Part shown: piece after piece, positions 54,648 to 64,000 of the stretch
How positions within the stretch are numbered: the stretch's first letter is position 1
Layout: each line of letters begins with the position of its first letter
The notes under the pieces: generated by a model
The model's database searches: none
The model's input: only the letters and a program-made list of their open reading frames with translations
Told to the model about the DNA's origin: nothing
Position numbers and translations under genes: made by a program
Source: Antedon mediterranea
Taxonomy: Eukaryota > Animalia > Echinodermata
Assembly: GCF_964355755.1 (NCBI RefSeq)
Contig: NC_092671.1
Location: forward strand, 26,238,070-26,302,069
Length of the DNA: 64,000 nt
Reading direction: 5' to 3'

Positions 54648-54931
54648 AAGCTGTTTCCCACTAGGACGTAACGCAACGACGTATAAGCGCGACGTAAGCA
54701 ATTTAACCAATCACAAGTGATGGATTATCCGAATTTTCGCTTGTGATTGGTCAACTCGCTTGCGTTGCGATTACGTCCTCGCGTTGCGTTCTAGTGTGAA
54801 ATAAGCTTGGACTCAACGCCGTAGGCGCCACGCATGTGAGTTGACCAATTACAAGCGACATTTCGGATGGGCCATTGCTGGTGATTGGTCAAACAAATTG
54901 CTGAAGTCCGTGAATGGCGAGAACCGAGCTT
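54648..54931. mobile_element. Palindromic Harbinger-like MITE plus adjacent related copy
   Basis: aagct.tttcccactagga cgtaacgc...ccaatcacaag / cttgtgattgg...gcgttgcgttctagtgtgaaa.aagctt; relatives at ~5300-5400 and 43090-43195. Confidence 0.7.
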
Positions 54932-57900
54932 ACAGAAAAAAATTCCCCTGTATTCACCACTCACATTTCCATGTACGCTATACTAAAGCACAGTTAAACA
55001 CACGCCCTTTTTATCGGGCACGCTAAAACGCTGAAAATTGTACGCTTTGGGAGTTTCATTTGGAATTGATATCACTTTCACATCTTCAAAACAAACTGCC
55101 TTTTGTCATTAGCGTTTACGCAGACACTAAAGGCCCTTGGTTAAGGTAATCAAAGGGACCCTACAACACTGGAGACAGGGAAGGGCAAGTGACTGACGGC
55201 TCTGGTGTTTTTAGCATTTTCAGCATATATTATTGTGTGTGTTTTTCTGTCAACACTTCAGCCTATGTTGTAGGCATGCACAATGTTCTATGCGTTCCTA
55301 TTGTACGTATGCTTTGTGTTTGTCTGGAATTAATTAAAGAGAATTTTTTAGATGTTGACTGTGATTGAATGCTACAGAATGAATATACGTCAATGAGAGT
55401 CTGTTAATAAATAACCTAACCGTTAAGACATGTAATGTTTCTACACATATTGCTAGTCAAAACATTTAAACTTATATCATTTTAATTAAAACTATGATCC
55501 ACCATGAGTATTTTTATAAGAGGATGTCGTGTTTTTCTTTATGCTGGTAAAAAAAATATTCCAGACAAATTTGAACATTCTTCATTTATTATACCATAGA
55601 CATTTTTTTTCAGTTTACGTGTTTATTCGAATAAACGCCCCAATAATATACTAAGGTATTACCTGAAACATACCTGATTAACAGGGTGACGATATGTTGG
55701 TAATTTAATTTATCTATAAGGTAATCCATATCCTTGAGAAATACATATTAATATTTTGTAAAAAATATATTGTAATGTAGGCCCTAATAACCGCAGAAAG
55801 ATCATTAATGTAGTATTATATAGTTTTCGAATAATTGTTTTTGTTTACTCTAATATTATTAGTCTAGTATATTTTCAATTAGCAAAGAATTATGGATACA
55901 AAACGAAAGTCTGCATGTAGATCAGTTTGTATTTTTAAATTTATAAACATTTAATGATAATTTATATAAATTAACTATAGGACCATACTTCCTTTCTGTG
56001 GTGTTTGATCTAGGCGCGAAAGATGACAAGAAAGTTAAATTGGCGCGAAGAGGTGATCAGACGTAACGAATTAGACGGCAGACTGTTGCAAATAGAGGGG
56101 AAAAAAGTCGCTTGTGATTTACTGATTTGAAAGATTTGCTGTTGATGACTTATTTCTATAAAGATTATTCACTCACTGTAATAACATTAGAACATGAAAT
56201 GTCAACTTTAAGTGTCTATATTGTATCAATGACGTAAATCGGAAAGTCTTTGATCTTCTCATTACCCATCGCCCTTCCCATCACTCGGCACTTCTACTAC
56301 CAACATTAACACTCGGTCCAGTCATTTCATCTCTCTTTGTAAATAATTGGTCAGTGAAATCACAAAGATACACACTGCGCATGCGGAAAACCAGATTTAA
56401 TTCGGTGCCATCGAAGTTTTTCATACGTAAGAAAACACCTTAAAACAATTAGCAATACCATATACTCAATAGCCCGATATTTTACTATGATGTTAAGGCA
56501 GAAATCATGAATAAATATGTTTTATCACGGCATAATTTAGAACAAGGGTGATAATGCTGCCCAGGTCTACTAACAAACGATTACGTCCTAACCGTACGTA
56601 CACGGATTTGGACCGGGTCCGGGCTGCATTATTTATAGAGACAAATATTGCATACGGGCATTTTGTGTGAACGTAACTTTAAACAGCAAGTTACGACGAC
56701 TCATCAACCGTAGACGAGCCATTGTGATTATAAAAATTACTCGCAGACTTGTAAATAAAAGCATGTTTCGGAAATCGGACGCTTTTTAGATATGTTTCCG
56801 GACTGGTTCCGGGCTTAGTAAAATTTATCAATAGCCTTTGTTCCTACCAATAAGCAACGATTATCAATTGATGACGAATCGATCGTTTGTGATTGTTAAA
56901 TTGCTTGCCAATTTGTAGCCAATGCCGTTCAGGCTATATTACACAGGTAAGGAGTTAGTTTCACCCACTAAAGTCCTCTGTGCCGTACTTAGCCGGGAAA
57001 ATAACTTAAAATGAATATCAAAGTACAGGGAACAGTAATTTCACTCTTGCCTGGTATGATAATGGGTTAACTCGCATGAACATGGTTAAATAAATTGTTT
57101 ATTGTTACACTTCCAGCTTTAGTTTATTTAGTCGAATTTCTGATACTGATGTTGCTAGAGACCTACGTTATTAAACCGATTTCCCTAAAGACAAACATTT
57201 GAAAAGACGGTCTAGCCAGTTGTTTATAACTGCCAATTTGTATTATAACACATTTTTGTGCCAATTTTTGTTATGGATGCCGTACGTATATTTAGATATA
57301 GTTATAATGACGTTTAAAACCAACAATGACATTTAGGTTTAACAAAGTATCGGTCATTTTATTCATTCAGAATACCATAACTAATTAATTGCTGATTAAT
57401 GAATGTTGTCTTCAAATATTGATTATTGTTCATTCTCCTGGCAGCTTGTCATCATTTGGATATCTGCTGTGGCTTTTTTTTATCCTGGCCTAAATATTGA
57501 TAAGTTGGCAATTTTGCCCGAATTGTTTTTAATTCGCCAGCCGTTTTCCCTGTAACTGCCAGTTATATACTTTATGAAAAATATCTTTACAATACTTAAA
57601 TCAATTCACTAACTGACAACTGCAAACGTCAAGTTTTATTATAGTTGACGTATAAACACAATTCGCCCAATTCTCGATCGTCGTTAATTTCCGACATCTA
57701 AAACTTGCAAGATTAGGGCTGATATTTCATTTTGATTATGGATATAAAAATGAATACTTAATATTAAATGGTTAGTAATGTCAAATCAGGTGGTGTGATA
57801 CATACCAGACATATATAAACGTGGCTATATACATCATTAATATCTAAGTGCTTTTCACTCTTCTTTTTGTTTCGTTATCAAATATATCTGTTTATTGTCT

Positions 57901-58031
57901 CGATTTATGTTTTCTCAAAGGAAATTATACAGTTTAGTAGATTATCTGGTCAGTCCTTTTTTTATAGTTATGTGATCATCAATTACAAAACAGGACATAT
58001 TCGTGTTTGATACAGGGTTTAAACTGCAGAG

Positions 58032-58310
58032 TAAAGCACTGTCTACACTATGAAACTAGTTTGACAAAAAACAAGGCCGTACATGACTGCAGTTGCGTGC
58101 TCAAATTTGAGTTAGTGTTTACCGACCGACCAACCGATCGACCGACCGACCGAAGGACAAACCGACCAACCAACCGATATATAGTGAGCTACCGTATAGA
58201 GTCGCGTTTGCACGCAACTAAAAATGTGTGCTCAAATATGGTAGTTATATGACGTCACCGTGGGCATATCATTTTTTTTTAGTCACATAAAGTTTGATAG
58301 TGTAGACAGA
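58032..58310. mobile_element. Harbinger-like MITE with a nested minus-strand HINE (~58070-58223)
   Basis: TIRs ctgtctacacta / tagtgtagacag; the HINE sits in the A-run that is uninterrupted in the 28510 copy. Confidence 0.8.
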
Positions 58311-59479
58311 TACTGATTAAGGTATGTGTCGGTGCATCAAAATAACTTTATATACCCAAGATAACTTCAATTCACTTATTTATTTACCAAAAACAAAATT
58401 GGAAAAACCAAGATATAATAATGTTAAATATGGTCTAGCAATTAGCTCCCTGTTTGAAATATCGGTAGCGTTGTGTTGTGTAACATTTCAATAAGTTACG
58501 TCTAACACCCGTGTCGGTGTATGTGAGAACTAACGGTTATTCTTGATTCATTGGAAAGTCTTTCTTAGTACACACAATATATGGATTTACGCATCTACAT
58601 TACAAAACCAAATTTTAAGTAAATGTAAATACTGAAAAGATCCGAAATAACCCTTTGAAATGATATGAAATTCATGCGGTCTCCCATTCGTATATCTACC
58701 GGAATCTACCTTCACAGTTCGATGCATGGCAAATCTCTTTACAAGATGATAAACCCACATTTGGGGATGAAGCCCATCCAGACGCAAAGATTATAAATAG
58801 CATTCTAGACCAACAATATCTATCCAACCAGTGTTATTTAAATGAAGTACAATGAAAACAGTCGTGTAATATAGGACAGGTCGTATTGATTTTGTCTGAT
58901 GTTTATTAAATTGCTTAAATGGGTACATTGAATGTAGGGTAATGCATTTATATGTTGTAACATTTATCTACAGGATCGTGACTTCATTTACAAATGGTGA
59001 AAAATGTATCAATTAAAAGGGCTACAAAGTAAGTTAGTTAAACAGTAGAATTATCAAAGCAGCCTATAGTAGTGTTAATTTAATTATCTATAATGAATGC
59101 AGAATTTAAACCAAAGCCTTTAATACATTCGCGTTGAAGTGGCGTGAAAAATCGATTGTATAAAATACGCAATTAAAACTACAACGGTGTTGCCTTCTAT
59201 CCGTATACGTGTATCTAACAATTTACCTTAATAATTATAAAAGTGAACGAATTCAATTCTAATATATTTGTGAAAGTAATTCTAGAAAACCTTCGCACTT
59301 ATTAATGTTACAATAATGCGTCAATTTAAGACAATATTAATTGAAAGAGAGTTAAACTGTCTAACAAGATTTAAAATAATATCCGTGCGTACAAGTAATT
59401 CTAAACCATTTTGTTCAGTATTTGAACTCGCGCGTACAAAAGTTGTACCATTTTTCAGTGTTTAGACGCGCGAGTAAAA

Positions 59480-60157
59480 ACGATGCATGAAAGAGAATGA
59501 TTATTTAATGATTAGAAATCTTTTTGTATGCGTTTCTGTCCTTGTACTTGCAAACTTGAAGGTAATTCTATTACTAAACTTTTTGGTAAAAAACTTGCTT
59601 ATGTTGAGAAAGGTACCTATCTTGGTCATATTCTTATGTGTGATTGCAGTGATGAGGCCGACATTGAAAGTCAGTACAGATCGTTGTGTATTAGAAGCAA
59701 CTCATTCAATACTGACTCAATCGCAAATTTATGAAATGCTCTACTATACCAATGTTAGGCCTAAATGTTTCTCTTTAGATCTTGCTGTATTAATAATTGT
59801 AATTATTATTATTGTGCAGCCCTTTGGTGTAACTAACGTATGATGACTATTAGATCGCTTAATGTATGCTACAATAATGCTCTGCGCCGTATAGGCCTAC
59901 TTGTGTCTCTAGAAGTAGTAGTGCCAGTGCAATGTTTATTGAACATGGTTGTGTTTCTTCCTTTAATGAGTACGGTACATGCGAAAATCTAACTAAGGTT
60001 TCATGCAACAACATCCTTGTTGTTTGTGTTTGCAAACATATGCTCCATAACTCCAAAATGGAGATGGAGAAGCATTCTATATACTTTCTGTTTATAAGTT
60101 TATTAATATGGATGATATTTCCGAAATAAAAAGAAATTGAATTGAATTGAAATTGAA
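59480..60157 (+). mobile_element. 5'-truncated L2-like LINE 3' end
   Basis: KLAYVEKGTYLGHILMCDCSDEADIESQYRSLCIRSN (RT C-terminus); aataaa followed by (attga)n tail. Confidence 0.75.
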
Positions 60158-61432
60158 TGTATCAGCATTTTAACGCGTTAGAAAGCTATATGCTTGAATG
60201 GACACGTACACAATTAAAGTTGTGTTTAAACGCACGCGTCGAAGTCTAGATATTATAGTTTTAATACTAAGAAGTATTTCTTTGCAGCCATAATAGTAGT
60301 TTGATGAACTAATCATTAATTTGACGGTAGGCCAATGTGCCTTCATACTCAAAACCAATATAATGTTCATCAATGTCCACAATTTCGTAGAATTTATAAA
60401 TTGGCAATTTAACCAACTTTAAAACAATGTTTAAATTACTTGGTCATATTGTATTACAACAGTTCTCATTTAAACGAATCATTCAAACATTGATTTAAAA
60501 CGAAACTCGTATGTCTCAAATTTCGAAGTCCAGACTAAAATAATTTACATAATGGACATAAAATTAAATTGTATATTTAGTGATACAAGAGTCGATTTAA
60601 TTTTATTATGATCACGTATTTTATTATGTGTTCCAGCACTATTTTATCTGGTATTTTGTAATTAACTATGACATTTCAAAGCTTAATGTAAGGTTTACAA
60701 TTATGCTTATTTTTATAGTTGCTATAAAATAGGATATACAAATATGTTTTATTGTTATCGGCATTTCCACTACCCTTCCCTCGGGTATTCTGCGTATAGG
60801 CCTACACACACATTCTATCATCATTTGTTGTAAGTGGACGCTGAACTTTCAGCCACATGGGATGTGTGACTATTAGATCCTTTGACACTCGGGAAATGAG
60901 TGAACTATTCTGATTCTATGTGTTTTTAAATAGATGGACAACTATTACTACCGTATTGTTGTATGATTTAAATAGGTTGGGGATATAGAATGTTAATGTG
61001 TTGATAACAGTATCATGGAATGGACTGTAGGCTTCCAAAGTCTTTTGGGCTATCCTCAAAATCTATAAAAAAAAAATTCTGTCTATGAATGTATGTTTCT
61101 GTAATTTTAGTACTGCAGTTTAACAATATTGTACGGTAATGCTATCCCGTTGTTATATGTCATTTTTTTGTATGATTTACCAATAAAATTAAAATCAATT
61201 GATGGCCATCGTCGACGAGTTTACATTCCATCGGGTTTGAGTTGGAGAATGATATGTTGATCAAAAACAACCCGGTTTATTTAACAAGAAATACAATTTT
61301 TGTTAATATAGTTTTTATTTTTCAAATTAAAACATTATAGCGTGGTTGAAAGAATCTTAACTAGAGAGGGCGATATTAAATTAAATATTTTTGTAGCTTT
61401 CAAATTCAGTTGTTTCTAATATTTATTTTTAG

Positions 61433-61475
61433 CTTTGTGGAGACGAAGGTCGTGACAAATCCATCATGACCTCAG
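61433..61475 (+). other. Candidate 43-nt exon
   Basis: Branch-like ttctaat plus tttatttttAG acceptor, CAG|GTTAAT donor; reads LCGDEGRDKSIMTS(G) in one frame, with ATG at 61466. Confidence 0.35.
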
Positions 61476-61695
61476 GTTAATTATATATATTACTAAAATG
61501 GGGGTTTTTTTGGAATACAGTACTTTTATATAGAACAAGAATAACTAAATTAATACAAAAAAAACATATATACCTTAACCGTACTTGCCCCAATGCATCA
61601 ATTAAGATTGAACTGTAATACAACATCGTAACTGATATATAGGTAGCATTCAAGATTACTCTCAGATACAAAGTATTACTGTTGTTATCATTGTT

Positions 61696-61726
<31 letters not shown>

Positions 61727-62564
61727 TGAAGTAAGAATAGGCCTACTTGATAATAATCGGTTTGAATGCAAATAATGGCACAACAAACCCTCTGAGATCA
61801 ATACGAGAGTCTCGATTCCAAATGCATTAACTCTAATGTTATAGCCCGATCAATCTATTGAGATGTGTCAACGACCATTATTACTTGTCATTATTAATTC
61901 ATTCAACACACCCCTAATTATAAACATGAATGAAGTCTCCAATGTGTCTGTTGATTTCACCTCACTTTGTATCCACACGTCACGCAGACACACGTTGACG
62001 TGGACCTTTTTATAGATAAGACTATAATTCCATACTTAATTTGACAACGGGTAAAAACAATATACTGTCATCGTTATCTATTTAATTCGCTTTATAAATA
62101 TGAGCAACAAAACCTCATAAAGACATAACGTTTACGAGCGCGTCCACACACGTATAGCATCAAAGTTTTAACGCGCGTTTCGACATCAGATATATTTAAT
62201 AATTGTAATTTGGCCCATCTTATTTAATTAAAATACAGTCAGTTGATAAATGAATTGAAATACCGTCGCTTGATAAATCTATGTATAACAATTATTGCTT
62301 AATTATATAATTCCTGCCCTTAACGGAAATAATAGCTTGCATGTTTTAAACATGTTTACACATTGTTGTATTATTTTTAATTTCTCTATAATCAGAACAA
62401 GTTCGGTATTTGAGATCGGCCGTACTTACCGTACTTATCCTGGCCTTCTAACATAAATAGCACATTAAAGAGGAGCTCCACTATCTTAGCATTAAACGTG
62501 ATCGGCATACTTTCACGGAATTCGCGTGCATTTTATTTTAACGAAATAGTATAAGAAAGGGTAA

Positions 62565-62690
62565 TTTTAGTCGCATGCAACGCGACTCTACAGCTTACTA
62601 TGTCGGTCGGTCGGTTGGTCGGTCGGTGGGTCGGTTGGTCGGTAAACACTAACTTGAGCACGCGACTGCAACCATGTGTATGGCCTTGTT
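62565..62690 (+). mobile_element. HINE-like short element, complete copy
   Basis: 5' subTIR hairpin, (GGTC)n, 3' subTIR gcacgcgact, small stem-loop ccatgtgtatgg, T-rich flanks. Confidence 0.78.
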
Positions 62691-64000
62691 TCTTTTAATC
62701 TCCGTTTCTTAATACAACATTATAGACACATTATTCATTCATATAGATTATATAACATATAGATATATGATATTTAATCAGAAAATGAATGTATAGGTCT
62801 GCCACCTGTACCATTAATACAGTAACATTGAACCACGTTCGAAATACAATGTTAATTATTAATAGAGATAGTAAATTGATGACATTTGGTTTTAGTTTTG
62901 GTATTGTGGAAAGATAATTTGGAATTAATTAGAATAATCATAAGGCTTGTCACTTAATATCAATTAAGACCATGTTACGTATTATTTAAATATAACACTT
63001 CTATAGGCAGTATAGTTACAGGCCTACTATTGATAATTATTTTAAATAATCGGTGGTGTTGCCATTTTGTAGTCATTTGCTTGAAATATGGAAAATTAAA
63101 AAAAACACTAAACGAAATTGAAAGATCTATCGAAAACCTTTGAATGTTCATTGTGTTGCAGAATTAAGCGTTTATGAAGAAAGAATTTAGCATGATGTAA
63201 CAAATCCACCTGTTAGCATTGAATAAAATAACAACGTTAATTTAAACATATCGAATCAGACAGACTCATGGGATATACCATACTTCGGATGAAAAGGAAA
63301 CAATTAATTATATATGTCTTAAAAATCTACTTAATATCATTAATAGTTGTATTACATGTATCGTTTCAAAAAAACAAATAGCTGGCTAATTAAATCATTT
63401 TATTTCAACCAAATAACCACTTTATGAAATAATATGTTATTGTCGTATACGGAACAAATCGTCTAATTTGAAACAAAAATACCTAATTTAATTGCAATGA
63501 CGAGTGTATACGGCCCACTCGTATTTGCATTAATGTTTGTAATTCGGCTTAAACAAGAATACAGTTACTTTGCATATTCAGGATTTTAGCATTGATTTCT
63601 TTTAATATGAACTGTATAAGCTGCGTCCCTCTGGGCATGTTTTTAAAAGTTTAGAATATTCTGAAGTATGCCGTGGTACTTATTTGTATTGAAAAAAAAA
63701 TGATAATACCGTTTTCATTATTTTGCACACGTACAGTTGGTCAGCCGCCTCTTTAAAAAGGAGATGTCACTTATTTCTATTAAGCTTAGCATACATGAGA
63801 TTATATTAAAGGAAAGTATTAATAATGGACCATATAGGACATTTTTTAACTATTACTTTCCAAAAAACTTGTATCATGTAAGCTACCGAACTGCTTTGTT
63901 CGTCACGTGTTTACAATGGCATCATTAGGCCTAAACATCAAAGTCTCAGTAAATAAATTACAGATGTCACCTGAAGTATTTTAATGAATTTTTTGATAAT

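Overview
AT-rich, repeat-dense eukaryotic (metazoan) genomic DNA, mostly intergenic or intronic, with no prokaryotic operons, rRNA or CRISPR. An echinoderm origin is inferred from the style of the neuropeptide and the abundant TAGGCCTA motif. The one convincing host gene is a short secreted neuropeptide precursor (33806-34045, +) with a signal peptide, six cysteines and a GKR amidation/cleavage site, resembling echinoderm orexin-type precursors. The rest is transposon-derived: a 5'-truncated Penelope-like element (RT + GIY-YIG) whose 3' repeat carries a minimal hammerhead ribozyme (two copies), several decayed LINEs, tRNA-derived and Deu/Nin-type SINEs, an IS3EU-like foldback, a Kolobok-like element, Harbinger-like MITEs, Helentron-like HINEs, a THAP-domain fragment, a decayed C2H2 zinc-finger array and several minisatellites. 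Two 24-27 bp CA...TG palindromes flanked by exact 7-bp target duplications look like P-element-type excision footprints; one interrupts the Penelope ORF. All calls are by eye, with no database searches.
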